Position numbers and translations under genes: made by a program. This document shows positions 28,688 to 37,315 of a stretch of 64,000 bases of DNA, in pieces (position 1 is the first letter of the stretch; each line of letters starts with the position of its first letter). This DNA is from Clostridiales bacterium (GTDB lineage Bacteria > Bacillota > Clostridia > Clostridiales > Clostridiaceae). Under the pieces are notes generated by a model. The model saw only the letters and a list, made by a program, of their open reading frames with translations. It was not told where the DNA came from and searched no databases. Location: assembly GCA_012520205.1 (NCBI GenBank), contig JAAYOT010000160.1:14213-78212 (forward strand). The letters are read 5' to 3'.

Positions 28688-30040
28688 ATGGCTTTTGAGG
28701 GTTTATCAGAAAAATTACAGGAAGCTTTCAAAAAGCTTAGAGGTAAAGGAAAGCTTACTGAAAAAGATATAAAAGAAGCCATGAGGGAAGTAAAGCTTGC
28801 GTTACTTGAAGCTGATGTTAACTTTAAAGTTGTTAAAAAACTTATTTCTAATATCAGTGAAAAGTGTGCTGGAAGTGAAGTTCTTGAAAGTTTAACTCCA
28901 GCTCAACAAGTTATTAAAATTGTTAACGAAGAACTTACAGCTCTTATGGGAAGTAGCGAAAGCAAAATTAACTTTAACTCAGTTGGACCAACAGTAATTA
29001 TGATGGTTGGGCTTCAAGGGGCAGGTAAAACTACAATGAGTGGTAAGCTTGCACTTCAACTAAGAAAACAAAATAAAAAACCTTTATTGGTAGCTTGTGA
29101 CGTTTATAGACCAGCAGCTATTAAGCAATTAGAAGTGGTTGGTAAACAAATTGATATTCCTGTTTTCCAAATGGGTGATAAAGTAAATCCTGTTGATATT
29201 GCAAAAGCAGGTATAGCTCATGGAAGAGAAAATGGAAATAATGTAATAATAATAGATACGGCTGGTAGACTTCATATAGATGAAAATTTAATGGAAGAAC
29301 TAAAAGGCATAAAAGCTGAAGTAAAGCCAAATGAAATACTACTTGTAGTAGATTCAATGACAGGTCAAGATGCAGTTAATGTTGCAGAAAACTTTAATAA
29401 TGCTTTAGATATTTCTGGAGTAATATTAACAAAGCTTGATGGTGATACAAGAGGCGGTGCAGCTTTATCAATTAGGCATATTACAGAAAAGCCAATAAAA
29501 TTTATAGGTGTTGGCGAAAAAATGAGCGATATTGAAGTGTTCTATCCAGATAGAATGGCTTCAAGAATTCTAGGAATGGGAGATGTTCTTTCACTAATAG
29601 AAAAAGCTCAGGAAGCTATTGATGAAAAAGAAGCAAAAGAGCTAAGTGCCAAAATGCTAGAAAATGATTTTACTTATGATGATTATCTAGTAGCAATGGA
29701 TCAAATGAAAAAGCTTGGTTCCCTAAGCAAAATTATGGATATGATTCCTGGAATCCCTAAGGAATTAAAAAATATAGACTTTGATGCTAGTGAAAAACAA
29801 TTAGTAAAAATAAGATCTATTATTTACTCAATGACTCCTAAAGAAAGAAGAAACCCTAAGCTTCTGCCTGGTTCTTCTTCAAGGAAAAAGAGAATTGCAA
29901 AGGGATCTGGAACAACATTACAAGATGTTAACAAACTTATTAAGGGATTTGATATGATGAGAAAACAAATGAAGCAAATGAAATCTCTTCAGAAAAAATC
30001 TAAAAAAGGTTTTTTTGGTAGAATGCCTTTTATGAGTTAA
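28688..30040 (+). CDS. ffh: signal recognition particle protein Ffh
   Basis: 450 aa with GLQGAGKTT, DTAGR, TKLDGD and a Met-rich M domain. Confidence 0.97.
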   Translation: MAFEGLSEKLQEAFKKLRGKGKLTEKDIKEAMREVKLALLEADVNFKVVKKLISNISEKCAGSEVLESLTPAQQVIKIVNEELTALMGSSESKINFNSVGPTVIMMVGLQGAGKTTMSGKLALQLRKQNKKPLLVACDVYRPAAIKQLEVVGKQIDIPVFQMGDKVNPVDIAKAGIAHGRENGNNVIIIDTAGRLHIDENLMEELKGIKAEVKPNEILLVVDSMTGQDAVNVAENFNNALDISGVILTKLDGDTRGGAALSIRHITEKPIKFIGVGEKMSDIEVFYPDRMASRILGMGDVLSLIEKAQEAIDEKEAKELSAKMLENDFTYDDYLVAMDQMKKLGSLSKIMDMIPGIPKELKNIDFDASEKQLVKIRSIIYSMTPKERRNPKLLPGSSSRKKRIAKGSGTTLQDVNKLIKGFDMMRKQMKQMKSLQKKSKKGFFGRMPFMS

Positions 30041-30072
30041 TATATACAATATTTGAAGGAGGTGAATTATAA

Positions 30073-30318
30073 ATGGCAGTAAAAATCAGATTAAGAAGAA
30101 TGGGTGCACACAAAGCTCCTTTCTATAGAATAGTTGTTGCTGATTCAAGATCACCAAGAGATGGTAGATTTATCGAAGAAATTGGATACTACAATCCATT
30201 AACTGAACCAGCTACAATAAAAGTTGATGAAGAAAAAGCTACTAAATGGGTTGCTAATGGTGCTCAACCAACTGATGTAGTTAAAAGACTTTTTGATAAG
30301 GCAGGAATTAATAAGTAA
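30073..30318 (+). CDS. rpsP: 30S ribosomal protein S16
   Basis: 81 aa, [26 protein letters not shown]. Confidence 0.96.
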   Translation: MAVKIRLRRMGAHKAPFYRIVVADSRSPRDGRFIEEIGYYNPLTEPATIKVDEEKATKWVANGAQPTDVVKRLFDKAGINK

Positions 30319-30361
30319 TTTTTAGGAGGTGAACTCTGTAATTACATAATTACAGTTGTTT

Positions 30362-30601
30362 ATGAAGGAATTAATTGAAATTATAGCTAGATCCCTAGTG
30401 GAGAATCCTGATGAGGTTCATGTAAATGAAGTTAGAGGAGAGCAATCAATTATTCTGGAACTAAAGGTTGCTCCTGCAGATATGGGAAAAGTTATTGGAA
30501 AACAGGGAAGAATAGCTAAGGCTATTAGAACTGTTATGAAAGCAGCAGCAATAAGAGAAGACAAAAAAGTAGTAGTAGAAATTATTGATTCAAAGAGTTA
30601 G
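30362..30601 (+). CDS. KH-domain RNA-binding protein (UPF0109/YlqC-like)
   Basis: About 79 aa with the KH GXXG loop (VIGKQGRIAKAIR). It occupies the conserved slot after rpsP. The start is ATG 30362 or TTG 30356; see the finding on its displaced SD. Confidence 0.88.
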   Translation: MKELIEIIARSLVENPDEVHVNEVRGEQSIILELKVAPADMGKVIGKQGRIAKAIRTVMKAAAIREDKKVVVEIIDSKS

Positions 30602-30620
30602 GATTTTCCTAACTCTTTTT
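30592..30620 (+). terminator. intrinsic terminator after the KH-protein gene
   Basis: AAAGAGTTAGG-ATTTT-CCTAACTCTTT followed by TT. The stop codon lies inside the stem. Confidence 0.75.
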
Positions 30621-30743
30621 ATGAATAATATTACAAAATAAATATATTTAATTTACCTAGTACTTATAGAAACTTCAATAAATCTTGAAGTTTGTACAAA
30701 TACTAGATAAGATATTATTTTAAAAATAAAAAAGAGGTGCTAT

Positions 30744-31241
30744 ATGAGAGATATTTTAAGAGTTGGAAAAATATTAAATACTCATGGAATAAAAGGTGAA
30801 GTAAAAGTATTGCCTTTAACTGATGATCCAAAAAGATATGATGATTTAGAATTTGTATTATTAGATGGAAAAGAAGTTAATGTAGAAGGTTGTAAGTATC
30901 AAAAAGATAGAGTTATCGTAAAATTAGAAGGTATAAATACCGTTGAAGAAGCAGAAAGATTAAAAAATAAATACTTAGAAATACCAAGGGAATACGCTGT
31001 AGAATTAGAGGAAGATACATATTTTATTGCAGATATTATAGGATGTACTGTATATGATACAGAAGGAAATAATCTAGGTAAAATATATGATGTAATACAA
31101 ACAAAAAACAATGATGTTTATTGGATAAGGAAGCCAAAGGAATTATTAATTCCTGTCCTATTAGATATTGTATTAGATATAAATGTAGAAGAAGGAAAAA
31201 TCATTATTAAACCTGTAGGAGAATGGCAAGATGAAGATTAA
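30744..31241 (+). CDS. rimM: 16S rRNA processing protein RimM
   Basis: 165 aa with [16 protein letters not shown] and a PRC-barrel C-terminus. Confidence 0.94.
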   Translation: MRDILRVGKILNTHGIKGEVKVLPLTDDPKRYDDLEFVLLDGKEVNVEGCKYQKDRVIVKLEGINTVEEAERLKNKYLEIPREYAVELEEDTYFIADIIGCTVYDTEGNNLGKIYDVIQTKNNDVYWIRKPKELLIPVLLDIVLDINVEEGKIIIKPVGEWQDED

Positions 31242-31944
31242 TATATTAACATTATTTCCAGAAATGTTTGATATATTTAGCCATAGCATAATTGGAAGAG
31301 CAAAGGAAAAGAAATTAGTTGAAATAAATCCTATAAATATAAGGGATTTTACTTTAAATAAGCATAAAAAAGTTGATGACTACCCTTATGGTGGAGGAGC
31401 TGGCATGGTTATGACACCCCAGCCCTTAGTGGATTCAATAAAGCATTGCAGAAAAAATAATAAGGGTAAAGTAATTTTTTTAGGCCCTAGGGGAAAAACC
31501 TTTAATCAAGAATTAGCAAAGGAATTATCAAAGGAAGAGGAATTAATCTTCGTCTGTGGACACTATGAAGGTATAGATGAGAGAGTCTATAATTATATAG
31601 ATTTAGAAATTTCCCTAGGAGATTTCATTTTAACAGGTGGAGAAATGGCAGCTATACCTATAATCGACTCTATTTTAAGACTAAAAGAAGGCGTTCTAGG
31701 TAAAAGTGAAAGTTTCCAAGAGGAATCCTTTAGTGATGGTCTACTTGAATACCCTCAATATACTAGACCAGAAATATTTGAAGGGCAGCGTGTACCAGAG
31801 GTTCTTTTATCAGGCCACCATGAAAATATAAGAAAATGGAGAAGATTAAAATCTCTCGAAATAACTAAGGAAAAAAGACCAGATTTATATAAACAAATTA
31901 AATTAAGTAAAGAAGACTTAAAACTGTTAAAAAATAAAAAATAA
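31231..31944 (+). CDS. trmD: tRNA (guanine37-N1)-methyltransferase
   Basis: 237 aa with [19 protein letters not shown] and [10 protein letters not shown] motifs. It overlaps the rimM stop. Confidence 0.96.
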   Translation: MKINILTLFPEMFDIFSHSIIGRAKEKKLVEINPINIRDFTLNKHKKVDDYPYGGGAGMVMTPQPLVDSIKHCRKNNKGKVIFLGPRGKTFNQELAKELSKEEELIFVCGHYEGIDERVYNYIDLEISLGDFILTGGEMAAIPIIDSILRLKEGVLGKSESFQEESFSDGLLEYPQYTRPEIFEGQRVPEVLLSGHHENIRKWRRLKSLEITKEKRPDLYKQIKLSKEDLKLLKNKK

Positions 31945-31946
31945 TG

Positions 31947-31975
31947 TTGAAATAGAATATAAATTATGTTAAAAT
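31947..31975 (+). promoter_or_regulatory. candidate sigma-A promoter for rplS
   Basis: TTGAAA - 17 nt - TAAAAT with a TGn extension (TGTTAAAAT). Confidence 0.55.
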
Positions 31976-32056
31976 AACCTTTGTGTTAGTACGGGCGGTC
32001 CTCTGTCAAGTAAAATTGTTAAGAACGCTAAATATAAATCAAGGAGGGACTACACA
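31976..32056 (+). promoter_or_regulatory. rplS 5' leader (possible L19 autoregulatory leader)
   Basis: About 80-nt leader with a locally GC-rich segment (GTACGGGCGGTCCTCTGTC) that is unusual for this genome. An L19 leader RNA is described for low-GC Gram-positives. Homology was not verified here. Confidence 0.35.
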
Positions 32057-32407
32057 ATGAACGAATTAATAAAACAAATTGAAGCAGAACAAATTAGAAA
32101 AGATCTTCCAGATTTCAACGTTGGAGACACTCTAAAAGTTTATGTTAAAATCAAAGAAGGTACTAGAGAAAGAGTGCAAATGTTCGAAGGAACAGTAATT
32201 AAGAGACAAAACGGTGGAGCAAGAGAAACTTTCACAGTAAGAAGAGTTTCTTATGGAATCGGAGTAGAAAGAACTTTCCCTGTAAATACACCAAGTATCG
32301 ATAGAATCGAAGTTGTAAGAAAAGGTAAAGTAAGAAGAGCTAAGTTATTCTACTTAAGAGACAGAGTAGGTAGAGCTGCAAAAGTTAAGGAATTAATAGG
32401 TAGATAA
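32057..32407 (+). CDS. rplS: 50S ribosomal protein L19
   Basis: 116 aa with [16 protein letters not shown] and [11 protein letters not shown]. Confidence 0.96.
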   Translation: MNELIKQIEAEQIRKDLPDFNVGDTLKVYVKIKEGTRERVQMFEGTVIKRQNGGARETFTVRRVSYGIGVERTFPVNTPSIDRIEVVRKGKVRRAKLFYLRDRVGRAAKVKELIGR

Positions 32408-32422
32408 TACCTATTGTGGGTT

Positions 32423-32449
32423 AAGGGACTTTTTAAAGTCCCTTTTTCT
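32423..32449 (+). terminator. intrinsic terminator after rplS
   Basis: AAGGGACT-TTTTAA-AGTCCCTT followed by TTTCT. Confidence 0.75.
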
Positions 32450-32514
32450 ATATATAAAAAGCTTATAATTAGATAATAATAACTCTAATATAATAAATAA
32501 AAGGAGAAGATATT

Positions 32515-33360
32515 ATGGCAAGAATAAACTGGTTTCCTGGTCATATGAAAAAAACTCAAAGGGAAATAAAAGAAAATTTAAAGTTAGTAGATGCTGTTAT
32601 TGAAATTAGAGATGCAAGAATTCCAAGAAGTTCAGCAAATCCCGACATAGATAAAATTTGTGGAAATAAGCCAAGAATAATTTTATTAAACAAAAGTGAT
32701 TTATCTGAAACAAAAGTAACAAAAATGTGGATTAATAAATTAACTTCAGAAAATATAAGGGTTTTAGAAGTAAATTGTCTAAGTGGAAAAGGATTAAATC
32801 AAATAAGACCTACATTAGATTTATTATTTAAGGAAAAACATGACAGATTAAAGGCAAAGGGCCTTATGAAAATTCAAATGAGAGTAATGGTAGTTGGAAT
32901 ACCTAACGTTGGGAAATCTACATTTATTAATAAAATGGCAAAAAACAATATTGCTAAAACAGGGGATAGGCCAGGTGTTACAAAAAATAAACAATGGATA
33001 AAAACAAAAATGGATATTGAAATGTTAGATACCCCAGGGGTATTATGGCCAAAATTTGAAGATGAGGAAACTGCATTGAATTTAGCTTTTACAGGAGCTA
33101 TAAAGGACGAAATTATGGATAGGGAAGATTTAGCTTATAATTTAGTTAAAAGGCTTCAAGAACATTATCCAGAAAACCTTAAAGAAAGATTTAAAATAGA
33201 AGAAATTAATGAAGATCCTTTAGAAACCCTAAATAATATTGCTAGAAAAAGGGGTTGCTTAATAAAGGGAGGAGAAATTGATTACGATAGAATTTCAATG
33301 GTAATCTTAGATGAATTTAGAGCAGGAAAAATAGGAAGTATTTCCTTAGAAAGACCTTAA
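32515..33360 (+). CDS. rbgA: ribosome biogenesis GTPase A (YlqF)
   Basis: 281 aa with INWFPGHMKK and circularly permuted G motifs (LLNKSDL ... GIPNVGKST). Confidence 0.94.
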   Translation: MARINWFPGHMKKTQREIKENLKLVDAVIEIRDARIPRSSANPDIDKICGNKPRIILLNKSDLSETKVTKMWINKLTSENIRVLEVNCLSGKGLNQIRPTLDLLFKEKHDRLKAKGLMKIQMRVMVVGIPNVGKSTFINKMAKNNIAKTGDRPGVTKNKQWIKTKMDIEMLDTPGVLWPKFEDEETALNLAFTGAIKDEIMDREDLAYNLVKRLQEHYPENLKERFKIEEINEDPLETLNNIARKRGCLIKGGEIDYDRISMVILDEFRAGKIGSISLERP

Positions 33361-33384
33361 CATATAGAAAATGAGGAAAAATTG

Positions 33385-34206
33385 ATGAATTTATTAAATA
33401 TTAATATAGAAGAATTAAGTTATAAGAAAGCAAAAGAATTTATTGATGAAATTGATATTAATAAAGAAAGAAGTAATGAGGACTTTATACAACTAATTGA
33501 TTTACTTCTAAAGGATAAAAGAAAAAATATTAATTCATTAGGAAATAAACTAATAAAAGAAAAAGATAAAATAGAAAAAGAAATAGCTAGAGTTAAGCAT
33601 ATGTACGATTTCGACAGAAGTTTTGGAAACTTTAAATATGTAGCGGGAGTAGATGAAGTAGGGAGAGGACCCCTTGCAGGTCCCATAGTTTCCTGTGCTG
33701 TAATCCTTGATTTAAATGTTTTAGAAGATGATTTAATACTTGACCTAAAGGATTCCAAAAAACTTTCCTCTAAAAAAAGGGAAGAACTTTCGAAAATTAT
33801 AAAAGAAAAGGCTCTTGCTTATTATATTGCAGAAAGCTCAAATGAAGAAATTGATGAAAAAGGAATTGCTTATTGTAATAATAAAGTCTTTATAGAAGCT
33901 TGTACTTCTATAAAAATAAAACCTGAATTAGTACTGTCAGATGGTTATAAAGTTAGAGGTATAGACATACCTAATAAGCTTGTAATAAAGGGAGATGCAA
34001 AATCTGCATCAATTGCTGCTGCATCTATAGTAGCCAAAGTTTATAGAGATAATTTAATGAAAGAATATGCAAAAAAATATCCTTATTATGACTTTGAAGG
34101 TAATGCTGGCTACGGTACTAAAAAGCATATTGATGCAATTAAAGAAAAGGGAATATGTAAAATACATAGAAAATCATTTTTAAATAACATACTTAATAAC
34201 TTCTAA
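33385..34206 (+). CDS. rnhB: ribonuclease HII
   Basis: GVDEVGRGPLAGPIV and a DSKKLS-like motif, with an N-terminal extension of about 85 aa. ATG 33385 lies 7 nt after GAGGA. Confidence 0.92.
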   Translation: MNLLNINIEELSYKKAKEFIDEIDINKERSNEDFIQLIDLLLKDKRKNINSLGNKLIKEKDKIEKEIARVKHMYDFDRSFGNFKYVAGVDEVGRGPLAGPIVSCAVILDLNVLEDDLILDLKDSKKLSSKKREELSKIIKEKALAYYIAESSNEEIDEKGIAYCNNKVFIEACTSIKIKPELVLSDGYKVRGIDIPNKLVIKGDAKSASIAAASIVAKVYRDNLMKEYAKKYPYYDFEGNAGYGTKKHIDAIKEKGICKIHRKSFLNNILNNF

Positions 34207-34564
34207 ATGCATCCTCTATATGGATTATTTTATTTGAATCATTACTAGTGTTAAAATAAACTTCAATAACATCAAATCTACAATTATAATTAAATAGTTT
34301 CTTCTTATATATGTAGTACTTACAAAGATTTATAATTCTCTTTTGTTTAGAGTAGGTAATAGCTTCTAGGGGAGTCCCAAAGGAGCTGCTATACCTGCTT
34401 TTTATTTCTACAAAAATAATTAAGCCTTTAAATTTACAGATTGCATCTATTTCTCCATATCTATTTCTAAAATTTCTATCTAAAATAAAATATCCCTTAT
34501 CTATTAAAAATTTTATTCCTAGATCTTCACCGTAAGAACCAATATTTTTATTATAGTTTTTCAT
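34193..34564 (-). CDS. yraN: YraN-family (UPF0102) predicted endonuclease
   Basis: About 123 aa with GEDLGIKFL ... GEIDAI ... VEIK (PD-(D/E)xK-like). ATG 34564 lies 9 nt after AAGGGG, whereas the ORF-track GTG 34573 abuts the SD. Its 3' end overlaps rnhB by 14 nt. Confidence 0.85.
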   Translation of the reverse strand: MKNYNKNIGSYGEDLGIKFLIDKGYFILDRNFRNRYGEIDAICKFKGLIIFVEIKSRYSSSFGTPLEAITYSKQKRIINLCKYYIYKKKLFNYNCRFDVIEVYFNTSNDSNKIIHIEDAFRSY

Positions 34565-34690
34565 ATAAATCACCCCTTAATAATATTGACAAAAAAATAA
34601 ATTAATTAACAATTTTAAAAATTATGATTAATATTTAAATTTTAATGTCAATAATGTTTAAGAGATAAGAGTAATAAGGGGTGATTTTTT

Positions 34691-36220
34691 ATGTCTATTG
34701 AAATAATAAGTGCTACATATAATGGATTAGATGGAATACTTGTAAATGTTGAAGTTGATATTAGCAGAGGAATACCTAGTTTTAATATTGTTGGTTTACC
34801 TGATGCTTCAATAAAGGAGTCTAAGGAACGAGTAAGATCTGCAATAATAAACAGTGGTTTTGAATTTCCGCTAGGCAGAATTACTATAAACCTCGCTCCA
34901 GCAGATGTTAGAAAAATTGGTTCCTTATTAGATTTGCCTATAGCCATAGGGATTCTAATGCAATCAAAACAAATTAGTCCTAAAAAGCTTAAGGATTTTA
35001 TTATATTTGGTGAACTTTCCTTAGGTGGAGACTTAAAAGAAATAAAAGGTGTTCTCCCAATTATTTTTGAAGGAAAAAATAAGGAAAAAAGTAATTTCAT
35101 TTTTCCATATAATAATTTAAAAGAATTAAGATATTTTAATATAGGAAATTTCTATCCTTTTAGAAATTTAAAGGAGGTAGTATCTTTTATAGAAAATCAA
35201 GATTTATTGCCCTTTGAATTTGATAAAAATCGTGAAATAAAAAAATCTGATAATAAATATCTAGATTTTTCAGACATAATTGGACAACAAACTTCAAAAA
35301 GGGCTATGGAATTAGCAGCAGCAGGAAGACATAATATTTTACTTTTTGGTTCTCCAGGAGCAGGAAAAACAATGTTGGCAAGAGCTCTTCCCTCAATTAT
35401 GCCAAACCTTACATATAAAGAAGAAATAGAAATTGCAAAAATATATAGTGCATCAGGAATGTATTTAGAAGATTGGGGGGTAAAAAGACCTTTTCGAAAT
35501 CCTCATCATACTATAACAAAGGTGGCATTAGCAGGTGGAGGAAGGGAAATAAAGGCTGGAGAAATAACTTTGGCCCATAATGGAGTATTATTCTTAGATG
35601 AAATATTAGAATTTAAAAGAGAGGTTCTAGAAGTATTAAGGGAACCCTTAGAAGAAAAGGTAATAAGAATAAATAGGTTAAGTGGCTCTTACAATCTCCC
35701 TTCCAATTTTTTGCTAGTAGGAGCTTTTAATCCGTGTCCCTGTGGACTTTATTCAGGAAATTTTGGTGAAAATGGATGTACTTGTTCAGATAGGGATATA
35801 AAAAGATATCAAAAAAGGTTATCTAGGGCACTATTAGATAGAATAGATATATTAAATTATGTGCCTAGAATCCAAGTGGAAGATATTAATAAAAAGAAGG
35901 ATAATTTAGATTCAAAAACCATGAAGGCTCGTGTTTTGAGAGCTGTAGAAATACAAAGGGCAAGATACAAAAATAGCAGCTATAACTATAATTCTGAAGT
36001 TAAAGGGAGGGATATAAATAAGTTCTTTAACATTACTAATGAAGCTTTAGATCTAGTTAAATTGTATTATGATAAATGTAATTTAACTATGAGGTCTTAT
36101 GAAAAAATAATAAAAATTTCTAGAACCCTAGCTGATTTAGATGAAAGTGAAAAAGTTTTTGAATACCATATCTTTGAAGCTCTAGGCTATAGAAAAAATA
36201 TTTATGGAGAAATTATTTAG
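34691..36220 (+). CDS. YifB/ComM-family Mg-chelatase-like AAA+ protein
   Basis: 509 aa with a Lon-like N-terminal domain, Walker A GSPGAGKTM, and LFLDEI. Confidence 0.92.
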   Translation: MSIEIISATYNGLDGILVNVEVDISRGIPSFNIVGLPDASIKESKERVRSAIINSGFEFPLGRITINLAPADVRKIGSLLDLPIAIGILMQSKQISPKKLKDFIIFGELSLGGDLKEIKGVLPIIFEGKNKEKSNFIFPYNNLKELRYFNIGNFYPFRNLKEVVSFIENQDLLPFEFDKNREIKKSDNKYLDFSDIIGQQTSKRAMELAAAGRHNILLFGSPGAGKTMLARALPSIMPNLTYKEEIEIAKIYSASGMYLEDWGVKRPFRNPHHTITKVALAGGGREIKAGEITLAHNGVLFLDEILEFKREVLEVLREPLEEKVIRINRLSGSYNLPSNFLLVGAFNPCPCGLYSGNFGENGCTCSDRDIKRYQKRLSRALLDRIDILNYVPRIQVEDINKKKDNLDSKTMKARVLRAVEIQRARYKNSSYNYNSEVKGRDINKFFNITNEALDLVKLYYDKCNLTMRSYEKIIKISRTLADLDESEKVFEYHIFEALGYRKNIYGEII

Positions 36221-36234
36221 TTGAGGTGGTGAAT

Positions 36235-37269
36235 ATGAATAAAGAGGAATTATGGTTTGTTTTATTGAAGTTATCAAATGAAGAAAAAATACATTTATTA
36301 AGGAAATATAAAAGTATTAGTTATATTAGGAATAACATAAATAAAATAGAGGAACTATATAAATTAAATAAAGAAGTAAAAGAAATAGAAGTAGAAGAAC
36401 TTATAGAATATATGGAAGAGAAGGGAATAGGTTATATTACAATATTCTCAGAGGAGTATCCTAAGTCTTTATTGAGTACCTATAATCCGCCCTATGCACT
36501 ATTTTATATAGGAAATTTAGATTTACTAAAAAATAAGATGATTGCAGTCATTGGAGCAAGAAATTGTACTCAATATGGAATAGAAGTTACTAAAGTTATT
36601 GCAAAAGAGTTAACTGAAAATAATGTTACCATAGTAAGTGGAATGGCTATAGGCATAGATTCCGTTGCTCAAAAGGTGGCTGTTGAAAATTCGGGAAATA
36701 CCATTGCAGTCTTAGGTTGTGGAGTAGATTATATTTATCCTAAGACTAATAAATTACTATATGAAAAAATTAAAAAAGAAGGCCTAATAATATCAGAGTT
36801 CCTTCCTAAGACAACACCGCGGCCCTATTATTTTCCTATGAGAAATAGAATAATTAGCGGAATTTCTGAAGGTTTAGTAGTTGTTGAAGCTTCAAGTAAA
36901 AGCGGATCATTAATTACTGCAGATTATGCCCTTTATCAAGGTAAGCCAATAATGGCAGTTCCAGGATCAATATTTCAAAAAAATAGTGCTGGATGCAACA
37001 AATTACTAAGAGATGGAGCCCATATATTATCAGATTTAGAGGACCTTAGGAGTCTTTTTAATCTTAGAGCAAAAGAGGGGAAAAAGACTAAAGTTTCTAG
37101 TTTAAGAAAGTCTCTTTTTAATATTATAAGTGATGAACCAAGACATTTGGACGAAATATTAGAATGTGTAAATGTTGACAGAAAGGTGTTATTTGGGTTA
37201 TTATTTGAAATGCAAAAGAAAAATGAAATTATTTGCCTTCCAGGCAATTATTACGTAAAATCATTATAA
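36235..37269 (+). CDS. dprA: DNA processing protein DprA (Smf)
   Basis: Rossmann-like core GMAIGIDS ... and a C-terminal winged helix. ATG 36235 follows GAGGTGG. Confidence 0.92.
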   Translation: MNKEELWFVLLKLSNEEKIHLLRKYKSISYIRNNINKIEELYKLNKEVKEIEVEELIEYMEEKGIGYITIFSEEYPKSLLSTYNPPYALFYIGNLDLLKNKMIAVIGARNCTQYGIEVTKVIAKELTENNVTIVSGMAIGIDSVAQKVAVENSGNTIAVLGCGVDYIYPKTNKLLYEKIKKEGLIISEFLPKTTPRPYYFPMRNRIISGISEGLVVVEASSKSGSLITADYALYQGKPIMAVPGSIFQKNSAGCNKLLRDGAHILSDLEDLRSLFNLRAKEGKKTKVSSLRKSLFNIISDEPRHLDEILECVNVDRKVLFGLLFEMQKKNEIICLPGNYYVKSL

Positions 37270-37315
37270 AAAATTTAAGGGGGTGAAAACTCCAAATAAT
37301 AATGGAGTTTTATAT

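Noticed and set aside
30657-30706. Composite hairpin (6-bp outer and 9-bp inner stems) upstream of rimM.
   Set aside because: It overlaps a plausible rimM promoter (TTGAAG-17-TAAGAT, 30685-30713), so much of it may not be transcribed. It has no U-tract, and I could not assess conservation.
34586-34651. Two TTGACA hexamers facing each other in the yraN / comM-like intergenic region, suggesting interdigitated divergent promoters.
   Set aside because: Neither hexamer has an acceptable -10 element at 16-18 nt spacing (ACAATT and ATCATA). The pattern is likely compositional.
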